Below are positions 20,815 to 30,684 of a DNA stretch of 64,000 bases, in pieces. The first letter of the stretch is position 1. Every line of letters begins with the position of its first letter. This DNA is from Bacteroidales bacterium (GTDB taxonomy: Bacteria; Bacteroidota; Bacteroidia; Bacteroidales; P3). The stretch covers positions 30,939 through 94,938 of the forward strand of contig JAVVPL010000001.1 in assembly GCA_036655775.1 (NCBI GenBank). The letters are read 5' to 3'. The position numbers and the translations under genes were made by a program. The notes below the pieces were generated by a model, which was not told the origin of the DNA, did no database searches, and saw nothing but the letters and a program-made list of their open reading frames with translations.

Positions 20815-22110
20815 CTATAAAGTATATTGAACTTTCAATACTTTTTGAGTTTGAGGTGTTAGCCGAAAACGATGATCTATTCGATGTCCCATAATCCATA
20901 GAATTTGACTTCCACTACAAAGAAGATAGGTGTTTTGTTTATCGTATAAACTAAATTTATGATCGCTAAAATAATCTTGTAACTTTTGTTTGTGACACAT
21001 TCCTAAAGGATAGAAAAAATCGCCCTCTTGCCATTGTCGAATATACAATTCATCCTTGATTTTCGCTGCATCAAAATAAGCAATATCGGGCGTAGTTTGC
21101 AAACTTGTTATCGCTGTAACGGACAAAGTTGAATAGGTAAATTTGGGATACTTTTTGGCATCGTCTTTTTTTTGAAGGATCAGTTTGCCCCTATCTTTAA
21201 GTAAACGATGAGTGGGAGAGTCGTAATACTTCCCCGATTGCTCTTTTGACAAATGCGCTGTAATTTGGGCGATTTGCGCAGAAGAAAATCCAAATCGACA
21301 CAAGTACTCATATAAAAACAATTCGTACTGAGGAAGGGCTAAAAGGTCTTTCAAAGAAGTTTCAATACATATTCCCACATCTTTGTTTTTTACCAACAAT
21401 TGTGAAGCATGTATATCATACCATTCCTTTACAATTTCTTGGCATTGATATAAACGCTGCATGCTTTCTTGTAAATGAGAAGTAAACAAAGGATGAACCT
21501 CCTTGCATAGAGGTAAAATATGATGTCGAATTTTGTTTCTTAAGTATTTATCCGAGGCATTACTCCCATCTTCCACATGAGAAAGGCCTTCCTGGCTCGC
21601 ATAATTTTCTATTTGCTCACGTGTGGCAAATAATAAAGGGTGCAGAAGTTTGCCATTTTTGGGCAATATACCACGCATTCCCCTAATACCTGTACCTCTA
21701 CAAATATTAATAAAAAAAGTTTCCGCATCATCATCTTGATGATGAGCGGTAGCATAATAATCAAAAGCTTGCGTTTGTACAAGTTCTTCAAAATAGGCAA
21801 AACGTAAATCTCTCGCTGCCATTTGTATGGAGATGTGTTGTTCTTGCGCATACGCTTTAGTATCAAATCGAATAGTGTAAAATGGAAGATTCCATTGCTT
21901 GGCCAAATTTTCCACAAATTGTTGATCAATATCGGCATCACCCTCTCTTAGAGAAAAATGACAATGAGCAATGGCAATATTAAAACCTGCTTTATAAAAT
22001 AAATGAGCCATTACTACCGAATCGACTCCCCCACTTACGGCAAGTAATATACGTTGTGAGGGCTGAAAAAGTTGTTCTTTTTCTATATATTTTAAAAACT
22101 CTTGTACCAC
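20815..22110 (-). CDS. tilS: tRNA(Ile)-lysidine synthetase
   Basis: 431 aa with PP-loop LLAVSGGVDS. The only in-frame start before the PP-loop is a GTG that overlaps the infB stop (TAGTG). Confidence 0.9.
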   Translation of the reverse strand: MVQEFLKYIEKEQLFQPSQRILLAVSGGVDSVVMAHLFYKAGFNIAIAHCHFSLREGDADIDQQFVENLAKQWNLPFYTIRFDTKAYAQEQHISIQMAARDLRFAYFEELVQTQAFDYYATAHHQDDDAETFFINICRGTGIRGMRGILPKNGKLLHPLLFATREQIENYASQEGLSHVEDGSNASDKYLRNKIRHHILPLCKEVHPLFTSHLQESMQRLYQCQEIVKEWYDIHASQLLVKNKDVGICIETSLKDLLALPQYELFLYEYLCRFGFSSAQIAQITAHLSKEQSGKYYDSPTHRLLKDRGKLILQKKDDAKKYPKFTYSTLSVTAITSLQTTPDIAYFDAAKIKDELYIRQWQEGDFFYPLGMCHKQKLQDYFSDHKFSLYDKQNTYLLCSGSQILWIMGHRIDHRFRLTPQTQKVLKVQYTL

Positions 22111-25100
22111 TACAAGCTACGTTTTACCTCCGTTTGTTCGTAACCTTCAATAATATCTCCCACTTTAACATCATTAAAGTTTTCTATATTCAAACCGCAA
22201 TCTTGTCCAGCTACCGCTTCTTTTACATCATCTTTAAAACGACGTAAAGAACCTAATTTGCCAGTATGAACTACAATACCATCACGAATAATACGAACTT
22301 TAGTTTGACGATTGATTTTTCCATCCAACACAAAACTACCTGCAATCGATCCTAATTTACCTATTTTAAATACTTCTCGAATTTCAAGATTACAAACAAT
22401 TTTTTCTTGAATTTCAGGAGAAAGCATGCCTTCGATAGCATCCTTAATTTCATTGATGGCATCATAAATAATAGAATACAAACGAATATCTATTTGTTCT
22501 GCTTCTGCCAATTTACGAGCACTTTGAGAAGGTCGAACTTGGAAGCCAATAATAACCGCATTGGAAGCCGAAGCCAACAAAACATCCGATTCGGTAATTT
22601 GTCCTACCGATTTGTGAATTACATTGACCTGCACTTCTGGAGTAGACAATTTCAACAAAGAATCCGACAAAGCTTCTATAGAACCATCCACATCCCCTTT
22701 GACTATAATATTCAATTCTTTGAAATCACCAATGGCAATACGACGACCAATTTCATCTAAAGTAATATGTTTTTGAGCTCGTAATCCTTGTTCACGTTGC
22801 AATTGATGACGACGAGTAGCCGCATCTTTCGCATCTTTAGCATTGGCTACCACATTGAAAATATCACCTGCTTGTGGAGCGCCATTCAATCCAAGCATTA
22901 AAACGGGAGTTGAAGGACCTGCAGTTTGTACCACTTGATTTCGCTCATTGTACATTGCTTTTACAGTTCCATAAGTCACACCTGCTAAAATATGATCCCC
23001 TATTTTTACACTTCCATCTTGAATCAAAATTTTGGCAACATAGCCTCGTCCTTTATCCAAAGAGGATTCTATAACTGTACCTTTTGCTCTTCGATCAGGC
23101 GTAGCTTTAAGTTCCAACATCTCAGCTTCTAGTAGTACTTTTTCGAGCAATTGCTCCATATTTAGTCCCTGCTTTGCCGAAATATCTTGACTTTGATATT
23201 TTCCACCCCATTCCTCTACTAAGAGGTTCATTTCGGCAAGTGCTTGTTTGATTTTTTGAGGATCTGCACCTGGTTTATCTATTTTATTTATGGCAAATAC
23301 CAAAGGTACGCCTGCTGCTTGCGCATGATTAATGGCTTCAATGGTTTGAGGCATTATCCTATCATCTGCCGCAATCACAATAATTGCAATATCGGTTACT
23401 TTAGCTCCACGTGCACGCATAGCCGTAAAAGCTTCGTGACCTGGCGTATCTAAAAAAGTTATTTTTTTACCATTTTCCAAACGCACTTCATACGCCCCTA
23501 TATGTTGCGTAATTCCTCCTGCTTCCCCTGCAATTACGTTGGTTTTTCGGATATAGTCTAAAACAGATGTTTTACCATGGTCAACGTGTCCCATTACTGT
23601 AACAATAGGTGTTCGAGACACCAACTCACCCATCACTTCTTCTTCTTCTTCAATATTGTCCATAACTTCGGCATCGACAAATTCTACATCAAAGCCATAT
23701 TCTTCAGCCACTAATGAAATGGGGTCTGCAGTAAGACGTTGGTTGATGGAAACAAACAAACCTAAAGACATACAAGTAGCAATAATTTTAGTTACTGGAA
23801 TATTCATCATCGTAGCTAATTCATTGACTGTAACAAATTCGGTTACTTTCAATATCTTTTGTTCTTGCATCATCCGTTCTTGCTCTTCATGCATCGAACT
23901 ATTTACATTTGCACGCTTCTCACGACGGTGTTTAGATGTTTTTGATTTGCCTAGAGGACTCAAACGAGCCAAAGTTTCCTTAATTTGCTTTTCTATTTCT
24001 TGTGCATCTACGGGTACAGGCGCTATTTTATGATTACCCCCTCTTTTATTCTTATCTTTTTTATTCCATGAATTTCCACCTGCTGAATTATTAGCATTTC
24101 CTTTTTGGTCAGGACGATTAATGGTAACCACACTGCTAACAGCACCTACAGGTTTATCATCTTTGATTCGTTTCCGTTTCTTTTTGTTTTGGCTTAGATC
24201 TTCCTTGGAAGAAGCTACGGGTTTTGATTTTTTGTCAAATTGACTTAAATCAATTTTAGCACCTACTATTTTAGGACCTTCTAATTTGGTATATTCTGTT
24301 TTTAAGAAATTATCTTCTTCTGCTACGGGAGCTACTACGAGTGGAGTGTTGGCAAGAGGTGTTAGATTAGGCGTTTCTGTAAGTGGTTTTACTCCTTTTG
24401 CCCCATTGGTATCTTTGGTCTTATGTGTTGTACTCGCCTCCTTATGCTTATAGGTTTCTTCCTTTTTATTTGGATCTTCTTTATACGCATTTGGTTTTTT
24501 AGTAGATTGTCCGCCCTCCGACTTTGGTTTTTCTTTGGTGTGAGTAGCTTTTTTGCCATCCTTACTCTGTGGCTTTTTATCAGGACGCGTGCGACTATTG
24601 ATACTTGATAAATCAATTTTCCCTACAATTCTAGGTCCATTTTCCACTTCTATCTCTTCGGATTTAACATTATTCTCAGTCGCTATATTTTCTAATTTTT
24701 CTTCTTCAGCTTCGACCTTCGCTGGTTTTTCTATTTCAGGGCTTTGCTCTATGGGAGTGATACATTCTTCTACTTTTGGCTCCACCCTCACGACTTCTTC
24801 TTGTATAGACAATTCACTTAAGTGTTCTTTGCTTTGAGCTTCTTCTTTAGAGGAGATCACTTCCTCAATATTCTTTGCTTGAATTGGATTTGGGGTATCT
24901 TCCACTAGGGGTTTTTCGTCCTCTATTGGATGTACTGACTCCAATTTTTCATTTTCAACTTTTGCAAGCGTTTCAATTTCTTTTAGTTCTTCAACTTTTG
25001 CAGGGGTTTCAACTTCTTTTACTTCTTTTATTTTTGCAGGAACTTCAACTTCTTTCGTTTCTTCAACTTTTACAGGAGTTTCAACTTCCTTCACCTTTTC

Positions 25101-25574
25101 TTCTACCTCTGGTTCTGATTCTTTAAAAAGTTCAACTTGGTCGGATGTTTCCTTCTCTTTATTATGGGAAACTGTACTTTTCTTTCCTTGACTTGCTTTG
25201 CGAGTAGTGGCTTTATTTTTTGCCGTAGTAGAGACACTCTCACTAGGCTCATTTGAGATATTCATACTCTTAATCCGAAACAATTCTTCTTCCTCTTCTG
25301 GCGCATCCACTTTTATTGTTTCTTCGATAGATAAGCTAGCTTTCTTTTGATGAAGTTCAAGGTTGATTTTACTTGCAGTTTCTTTTACCGATTTTTCAGC
25401 CTGAAATTCGCGTGCCAATATTTCATACTCCGCAGGATTGAGCGGGGTATTGGGCGTAATTTCGCCACTTGCGACATGTCCTTTCTTAACTAAGAAATCA
25501 ATAGCGGTTTGTACACCAATATTAAATTCCTTCGCTGCCTTGGAAAGTCTTATTTTTTTAATTTCTTCTGCCAT
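22110..25574 (-). CDS. infB: translation initiation factor IF-2 with expanded repetitive N-terminal region
   Basis: 1154 aa. IF2_N domain, GTPase G1-G4 ([18 protein letters not shown]), C-terminal IF2 domains, and a long E/K/P-rich linker. Confidence 0.97.
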   Translation of the reverse strand: MAEEIKKIRLSKAAKEFNIGVQTAIDFLVKKGHVASGEITPNTPLNPAEYEILAREFQAEKSVKETASKINLELHQKKASLSIEETIKVDAPEEEEELFRIKSMNISNEPSESVSTTAKNKATTRKASQGKKSTVSHNKEKETSDQVELFKESEPEVEEKVKEVETPVKVEETKEVEVPAKIKEVKEVETPAKVEELKEIETLAKVENEKLESVHPIEDEKPLVEDTPNPIQAKNIEEVISSKEEAQSKEHLSELSIQEEVVRVEPKVEECITPIEQSPEIEKPAKVEAEEEKLENIATENNVKSEEIEVENGPRIVGKIDLSSINSRTRPDKKPQSKDGKKATHTKEKPKSEGGQSTKKPNAYKEDPNKKEETYKHKEASTTHKTKDTNGAKGVKPLTETPNLTPLANTPLVVAPVAEEDNFLKTEYTKLEGPKIVGAKIDLSQFDKKSKPVASSKEDLSQNKKKRKRIKDDKPVGAVSSVVTINRPDQKGNANNSAGGNSWNKKDKNKRGGNHKIAPVPVDAQEIEKQIKETLARLSPLGKSKTSKHRREKRANVNSSMHEEQERMMQEQKILKVTEFVTVNELATMMNIPVTKIIATCMSLGLFVSINQRLTADPISLVAEEYGFDVEFVDAEVMDNIEEEEEVMGELVSRTPIVTVMGHVDHGKTSVLDYIRKTNVIAGEAGGITQHIGAYEVRLENGKKITFLDTPGHEAFTAMRARGAKVTDIAIIVIAADDRIMPQTIEAINHAQAAGVPLVFAINKIDKPGADPQKIKQALAEMNLLVEEWGGKYQSQDISAKQGLNMEQLLEKVLLEAEMLELKATPDRRAKGTVIESSLDKGRGYVAKILIQDGSVKIGDHILAGVTYGTVKAMYNERNQVVQTAGPSTPVLMLGLNGAPQAGDIFNVVANAKDAKDAATRRHQLQREQGLRAQKHITLDEIGRRIAIGDFKELNIIVKGDVDGSIEALSDSLLKLSTPEVQVNVIHKSVGQITESDVLLASASNAVIIGFQVRPSQSARKLAEAEQIDIRLYSIIYDAINEIKDAIEGMLSPEIQEKIVCNLEIREVFKIGKLGSIAGSFVLDGKINRQTKVRIIRDGIVVHTGKLGSLRRFKDDVKEAVAGQDCGLNIENFNDVKVGDIIEGYEQTEVKRSL
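24948..25091 (-). repeat. 36-bp x4 in-frame tandem repeat inside infB
   Basis: Encodes [12 protein letters not shown] / [12 protein letters not shown] / [12 protein letters not shown] / [12 protein letters not shown]. Codon boundaries were mapped by hand. Confidence 0.9.
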
Positions 25575-25718
25575 TAGGATTGATTTTTTTCCTCTTATCT
25601 AATTATCGATTAAAATACAATATCTCAATTTTAGCAAAACTTTTGTGGTTTTGCAAACTATCACTGATACTATCAACGTTTTTGTGCAATTTGCACTGTA
25701 TATTTATACGTCTTTTGC

Positions 25719-26954
25719 TTATTCAAATTCTTCCCCTAAAATTTTGATCACATCTTGAATTGTTTCTTCTTCCAAATCGGTGCGTTGAGTTAACTCTTCA
25801 ACAGACAAAGCCAAAACATCTCTTGCTGTATCACAACCTATCGCTTTGAGTTGATCCAATATCCATTGTTCTATCTCATCATTAAACTCTTGCAAATCGA
25901 CATCATCATCGGTGTTTTCACTATCTCGATACACATTGATTTCATAATTTGAAATCCGTCCAGCCAATTTGATATTACATCCACCTTTACCTATTGCCAA
26001 GGATATTTGATCTGGTTTCATTGAAACTTCAGCCGTTTTATTGGCTTCATTTATTTTTATATCTAATATTTTGGCAGGACTCAAAGCCCGTGTAATCATC
26101 AATTCAGGATTTGTGGTATAATTGATCACATCTATATTTTCATTGCGAAGTTCTCGAACAATACCATGAATACGTGCCCCTTTCATTCCAACACAAGCGC
26201 CTACGGGATCAATTCTATCATCATACGATTCAACGGCTACCTTTGCTCTTTCGCCAGGTTCGCGTTCTATCCGTTTGATCGTAATCAAACCATCAAAAAT
26301 TTCAGGTACTTCTTGTTCAAACAAACGCTCCAAAAATACAGGCGAGGTACGAGATAAAATAATTATAGGCGTATTGTTTCTTACATCCACTTTTAGCACC
26401 ACCGCACGTACAGTATCCCCTTTTCTAAAAAAATCAGCAGGAATTTGTTCCGTTTTAGGAAGCACTAATTCAATGCCATTATCATCCAACAAAAGAGTTT
26501 CGCGTTTCCATATTTGATAAACTTCACCTGTGATAACTTCACCTATACGCTCCTTGTAGCGTTTGTAGATATTGTTATTTTCGTAATCTTGAATTTTTGA
26601 AACCAAACTTTGACGAATATTCAAAATTTCACGACGACCAAAATCTTTCATTTTAATAGGTTCTGACACTTCTTCTCCTACTTCAAAATCGGGTTCAATT
26701 TTAATGGCTTCCGAATATGGAATTTCTAATACCTCATCTTCGAGTTCAGCATCTTCTACAATGGTGCGATTGCGCCAAATTTCTAAGTCTCCCTTATCGA
26801 TGTTTACAATGATATCAATATTTTCATCCGTGCCGTATTTTTTGATGAGCATACTTCTGAATACGTCCTCTAAAATACGCATCATAGTTTCTCTATCGAT
26901 GCTTTTTAAATCTTTAAACTCTGAGAAACTTTCAACCAAATTGATACTTTCCAT
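25719..26954 (-). CDS. nusA: transcription termination/antitermination factor NusA
   Basis: 411 aa with NusA N-terminal, S1 and two KH domains (GACVGMKGARI, LAIGKGGCNIKLA). Confidence 0.97.
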   Translation of the reverse strand: MESINLVESFSEFKDLKSIDRETMMRILEDVFRSMLIKKYGTDENIDIIVNIDKGDLEIWRNRTIVEDAELEDEVLEIPYSEAIKIEPDFEVGEEVSEPIKMKDFGRREILNIRQSLVSKIQDYENNNIYKRYKERIGEVITGEVYQIWKRETLLLDDNGIELVLPKTEQIPADFFRKGDTVRAVVLKVDVRNNTPIIILSRTSPVFLERLFEQEVPEIFDGLITIKRIEREPGERAKVAVESYDDRIDPVGACVGMKGARIHGIVRELRNENIDVINYTTNPELMITRALSPAKILDIKINEANKTAEVSMKPDQISLAIGKGGCNIKLAGRISNYEINVYRDSENTDDDVDLQEFNDEIEQWILDQLKAIGCDTARDVLALSVEELTQRTDLEEETIQDVIKILGEEFE

Positions 26955-26963
26955 GTTTTATTT

Positions 26964-27446
26964 TTATTTGAATGATATGACTATTTTTGTTTCTTTTATT
27001 TCTGTGTATGGCATGGTACGAAGTAAATCGGTCGTTACAATCGAGTTTGACTCTGCTTTATTTTTTTTCGATTTTGCCTTAGAGGGATGCAATTCTACAC
27101 TTACTTGCGTAGCATCTGCAGTCTTTATAATTCCTTTTAAAACTTCTCCATCTATTCGCACAATCTTCACTTCTTGCCCTATGTTTTTTTGATATTGTTT
27201 GTATACCTTAAAAGGCAAGTCCAAACCAGCCGAAGATACATACAGTTCAAAATCTTCCACCTCTCTATCTAATAAATTTTCTACGTAACGACTTATCTTT
27301 ACACAATCATCTATACCTACACCTTCAAAACTATCTACAAAGATGTAAATTTGATTTGCCGCTTTTACATTTAGTTCTACGATATACAAATCAGTACCTT
27401 GAATACAATCTTGTACTAACTTTTCTATTTGTTGTTTTGTAATCAT
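26964..27446 (-). CDS. rimP: ribosome maturation factor RimP
   Basis: 160 aa, located 9 nt upstream of nusA. RimP-like sequence with the conserved operon position. Confidence 0.9.
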   Translation of the reverse strand: MITKQQIEKLVQDCIQGTDLYIVELNVKAANQIYIFVDSFEGVGIDDCVKISRYVENLLDREVEDFELYVSSAGLDLPFKVYKQYQKNIGQEVKIVRIDGEVLKGIIKTADATQVSVELHPSKAKSKKNKAESNSIVTTDLLRTMPYTEIKETKIVISFK

Positions 27447-27459
27447 ACGAATAATTTAT

Positions 27460-27483
27460 AAAAAAAATGGGGCTAATCGCCCC
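27460..27483 (-). terminator. intrinsic terminator 13 nt upstream of the rimP start
   Basis: Minus strand reads GGGGC-GATTA-GCCCC followed by A then T8. Confidence 0.6.
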
Positions 27484-27552
27484 GCCTATCTTTCCTTAAA
27501 TTGCTCATTCCTTTGTAAATGACGCATCGAACCTTTCCCTTCAAATCGATGG

Positions 27553-27560
27553 CAAAGATA
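27553..27560 (-). promoter_or_regulatory. -7 box TATCTTTG upstream of the rimP leader
   Basis: This is the only exact TAnnTTTG on the minus strand in the 292-nt gap upstream of rimP. It lies about 105 nt before the ATG. Confidence 0.5.
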
Positions 27561-27715
27561 GTACTTATTTTTTGATTTTCCTAATATTTTTTTCGATTTC
27601 TGCTTTGGTAGATTCTAACACCAAATGCAATGTTTTATGTACAGGTATCTCCCAATTTTTTGATGTTATTTAAATGGAGAACCCTCTCTGCGTTTTTTGA
27701 TAAGAAAAGGAGTTA

Positions 27716-27760
27716 TAAAAGATATAATTGAGTCCATTCTAAAAGATATAATTGAGTCCA
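27716..27760 (-). repeat. 21-bp perfect direct repeat with 24-bp period, spanning the OMP gene stop codon
   Basis: TAAAAGATATAATTGAGTCCA occurs at 27716-27736 and 27740-27760. The second copy encodes the C-terminal GLNYIF plus the stop. Confidence 0.95.
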
Positions 27761-29049
27761 AAAGAAAAGCTATATACCCCATCTCTTTTGTCTAAGGCTT
27801 TTCCAAATTCTAAAGATCCCACAAAATTGCTGTTCACAATTACTTTAAATCCTAAGCCTGCCGAACAATGTGGATATTCGGTTTGCCCACTATAAATTTG
27901 TGAAGAATGACTTTCTTTTATTTCCTTTGCTCTATATTTGCGAACTACCATGCCCGCATCAAAAAAAGGATTGACCACAAAATACCAATTTTGATTCAAA
28001 AAACGAATGTATCCAAAACGATAGCGCAATTCGACATTGCCCCAAGCAATACCTGCACCCACTGCTCTATTTCGCGCCACCCCTCTTATAGAATTAACCC
28101 CACCCAAACCTTCCGAAAAATTTTGATTCATAATAATACAATACAAATAACTTTGTTCATAATATGGACTTTCCCCTAAAAAAGTCGTTTGATAAGCCAA
28201 ATGATACGCAAGGGTCAATTTATCTTTATACAGTGGAATATAATGACGAAAATGCAAATTTGCTTTAGCAAAACTATGTCCTTGTTGATCGATAAAATCG
28301 GGCGCTATACTCACCATTAGTTCAGCTTGCATTCCTTTTTTTGGATCGGACTCTATATCTCGCGTATCGTAAGTAATGCTTCCATTGAACCCAAGAATAT
28401 TACCTCCTGCGGCTTCTTCGGGCTTAATAATTTTATAATGCTTATACAAATTAAACAAACTTTGGTTTGTATCCCTAAGGTCGGTCTGAATACAATAATT
28501 GAAATAGGAAATTCCAACTCCCCAGTTGAGATGTGGAATAATTTCACCCTGAAAAGTAATAAAGGCTTTAAATTGCGAACGATTAAAAGTGTAAAATTTA
28601 GAATCTATTTTATGTAAACTAGGACTTTCGTAGCCATTATATCCTCTAAAACCTGCGTAGGGCTCCATGATATAGTTTAACTCTCCAGATAAACGATAAT
28701 TCTTAATAATTTGTTTGGAGTCGTAAGTCAATCGAAAAACACCTGATCCCTTAGAAAAATAAGACCCTACAAAAAATATTTTTTGTTTGTAATTGGGATA
28801 AAAGCTAGGTTTTCCAAAATCATAAACAGTACAAATCGCTCCCAATTGAAAGCCTAGATCCGTATTGTAGCCAATTACAGGAAGAGGAATAAGATTCCAA
28901 CCCGATTTGATTTTCTCTGGTTTTTTAATTTTGCGAGTGATAATATTCGTATCTTCGTTTTTATCCTGCACTAATTGAGCTTGACTATATGAAAATCCAC
29001 ACAAGTAAAATAAAAATATTTCAATTAATTTTTTTCCTATTTTCACCAA
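27739..29049 (-). CDS. outer-membrane beta-barrel protein (Omp85 / surface antigen D15-like barrel, no POTRA region evident)
   Basis: 436 aa with a TTG start. Signal peptide ending SQAQ, GG.NSIRG motif, alternating beta-strand pattern, C-terminal aromatic ..GLNYIF. Confidence 0.75.
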   Translation of the reverse strand: MVKIGKKLIEIFLFYLCGFSYSQAQLVQDKNEDTNIITRKIKKPEKIKSGWNLIPLPVIGYNTDLGFQLGAICTVYDFGKPSFYPNYKQKIFFVGSYFSKGSGVFRLTYDSKQIIKNYRLSGELNYIMEPYAGFRGYNGYESPSLHKIDSKFYTFNRSQFKAFITFQGEIIPHLNWGVGISYFNYCIQTDLRDTNQSLFNLYKHYKIIKPEEAAGGNILGFNGSITYDTRDIESDPKKGMQAELMVSIAPDFIDQQGHSFAKANLHFRHYIPLYKDKLTLAYHLAYQTTFLGESPYYEQSYLYCIIMNQNFSEGLGGVNSIRGVARNRAVGAGIAWGNVELRYRFGYIRFLNQNWYFVVNPFFDAGMVVRKYRAKEIKESHSSQIYSGQTEYPHCSAGLGFKVIVNSNFVGSLEFGKALDKRDGVYSFSFGLNYIF

Positions 29050-29080
29050 TTTTCATAGATTTTCACAGATAGTTTAGATA

Positions 29081-29088
29081 CAAATGTA
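29081..29088 (-). promoter_or_regulatory. -7 box TACATTTG upstream of the 436-aa OMP gene
   Basis: Exact TAnnTTTG, 31 nt before the TTG start. Confidence 0.55.
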
Positions 29089-29181
29089 CTGAAAATTTAA
29101 GACTTTGCAAAAACAAAACATTTCCAAAAAATGAAAAACAAACTGAATTTAAATTATTTTATTTTAAAGGAAATCATATAC

Positions 29182-29217
29182 AAAAAAAACGAGTGCTAAA
29201 TATAATTTAGCACTCGT
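29182..29217 (-). terminator. intrinsic terminator of the exbB-exbD-exbD operon
   Basis: Perfect 13-bp stem ACGAGTGCTAAAT / ATTTAGCACTCGT with a 3-nt loop, followed by T8 on the minus strand. Confidence 0.85.
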
Positions 29218-29241
29218 TTATACGTAAGAATTAGAAATCGC

Positions 29242-29724
29242 TTATCTATTGTTGTTTTTGCTTTTATCTATTCCTTTTGAGGTAGAGTAGTTAATTTTGA
29301 AAGCACCTACTTTGCGTAGCTCTTGTTTTACATCCGTAACAACCCCCATTTTAGCCGATCTATCGACTTTCAAGGAAGTGGTTAGCAATGGACGATCTAC
29401 TTCGTCTCGAGCTTGACGTTCAGCTTCAATATAATCACCAATTTCAGCTACTTCGCCAAATTGATCATTCAATTGTATTCTAGGTTCTGTTCCATATTTT
29501 TGAGCATCTATAGGCTCTCCAATATAAATGTAACTTACCAATGATTTTTTTTCAAGTTTTTGAATTTCTGTTGCTTGAGGAGCTCCAATTTTTACAAACA
29601 AAGTACTCTGGCGCATGGTTGTAATAACCATAAAGAAAAACAACAACATGAAAATAATATCGGACATTGATCCTGTATTAATTTCGGGAGTTTCTTTTTT
29701 TGTTCCACTATGAAATTTTGCCAT
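29242..29724 (-). CDS. exbD: biopolymer transporter ExbD/TolR
   Basis: 160 aa with a single N-terminal TM helix (MSDIIFMLLFFFMV) and an ExbD periplasmic domain. Confidence 0.85.
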   Translation of the reverse strand: MAKFHSGTKKETPEINTGSMSDIIFMLLFFFMVITTMRQSTLFVKIGAPQATEIQKLEKKSLVSYIYIGEPIDAQKYGTEPRIQLNDQFGEVAEIGDYIEAERQARDEVDRPLLTTSLKVDRSAKMGVVTDVKQELRKVGAFKINYSTSKGIDKSKNNNR

Positions 29725-29725
29725 C

Positions 29726-30325
29726 TTACTTTCCTCCTGTATTTGTTGTGTTAGCCGTCATATTATTGTTTACGGGTTCTGCTTCGGAAATACTGACAGG
29801 AATTGCTTTTTGGATTGCTTCTTTTTGTACATCCGTTTTCAAATCATCAAATCGAGCACCAAATCTTTCCTGAGAAAGTTCATCTCGCAATTCGTGCACA
29901 GCGGCAGTGAGTTCGTTTTGAACTTTAATATACATTTCATACGAAGTACCTCGGTCATTCTTTAAAGAAATCACGCCTTTTGAAATTTGCACATTGCCTA
30001 GGCCCTCTATTTCCTTCATTACCTGCTCCGATTTATGTACATCTCCTGAAGGATTTGCCAAAAACTCTTTGCATTGTTCTCTTAAATCCTGCACTTCCAC
30101 GTTCGCTCCTTGCACACGAATTTCATCTCTAAAATTGATCCCTACTTTAAATACATTTCTTTCATGTATCTCTGGTTTGGGTGCATTTGGAGGAAGAGGA
30201 GGCGGAAGACGACGAGCAATACCCAAATCGGTATCAATAGATGAGGTCAACAAGAAAAACGTCAACAACAAAAATGATATATCAGACATTGACCCCCCAT
30301 TTATCGCGGGACATTTTTTAGCCAT
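29726..30325 (-). CDS. exbD: biopolymer transporter ExbD/TolR (second copy)
   Basis: 199 aa with N-terminal MSDISFLLLTFFLL TM helix. There is a 1-nt gap to the next exbD. Confidence 0.85.
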   Translation of the reverse strand: MAKKCPAINGGSMSDISFLLLTFFLLTSSIDTDLGIARRLPPPLPPNAPKPEIHERNVFKVGINFRDEIRVQGANVEVQDLREQCKEFLANPSGDVHKSEQVMKEIEGLGNVQISKGVISLKNDRGTSYEMYIKVQNELTAAVHELRDELSQERFGARFDDLKTDVQKEAIQKAIPVSISEAEPVNNNMTANTTNTGGK

Positions 30326-30331
30326 AATAAT

Positions 30332-30670
30332 TTACTTTTTAAACGGTCTTGAAAGTTCGGAACCAACTAAGGTTAAAATAACTCCTACAAATAGGATATA
30401 AAACATGTTCAAACCACTTCCAATAAGTTTGGAAAGGGCATAATCAGTACCCACTTTTTGAAAAAGGGTTTCACTGACATTGGTAGAGGAGGCGGCTATA
30501 TAAGAAATGACAAATATGACAACAAGTCCTATAATGCCATACAACGTTTCTTTTGACTTAGCTATATTACCAAAGAATTGCCTAATTGAAAAAAACAGTA
30601 AAGCAATGATTGCAATGATAAAAAGAGCATACGTCAAATATAAACCTATGTTTATTAATGTATCTTCCAT
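30332..30670 (-). CDS. small integral membrane protein (3 predicted TM helices), function unknown
   Basis: 112-aa ORF packed between exbB and exbD with gaps of 14 and 6 nt; strongly hydrophobic. Confidence 0.6.
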   Translation of the reverse strand: MEDTLINIGLYLTYALFIIAIIALLFFSIRQFFGNIAKSKETLYGIIGLVVIFVISYIAASSTNVSETLFQKVGTDYALSKLIGSGLNMFYILFVGVILTLVGSELSRPFKK

Positions 30671-30684
30671 TGGATTAAATCTCC

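Noticed and set aside
26704-27192. 162-aa plus-strand ORF across the nusA/rimP junction. Similar shadow ORFs lie at 13595-13975, 23656-24033, 29994-30401, 54151-54525 and 61616-62029.
   Set aside because: All are antisense to strongly supported conserved genes. They have low-complexity or Ser/Cys/Phe-rich translations, no promoter boxes and no recognisable motifs.
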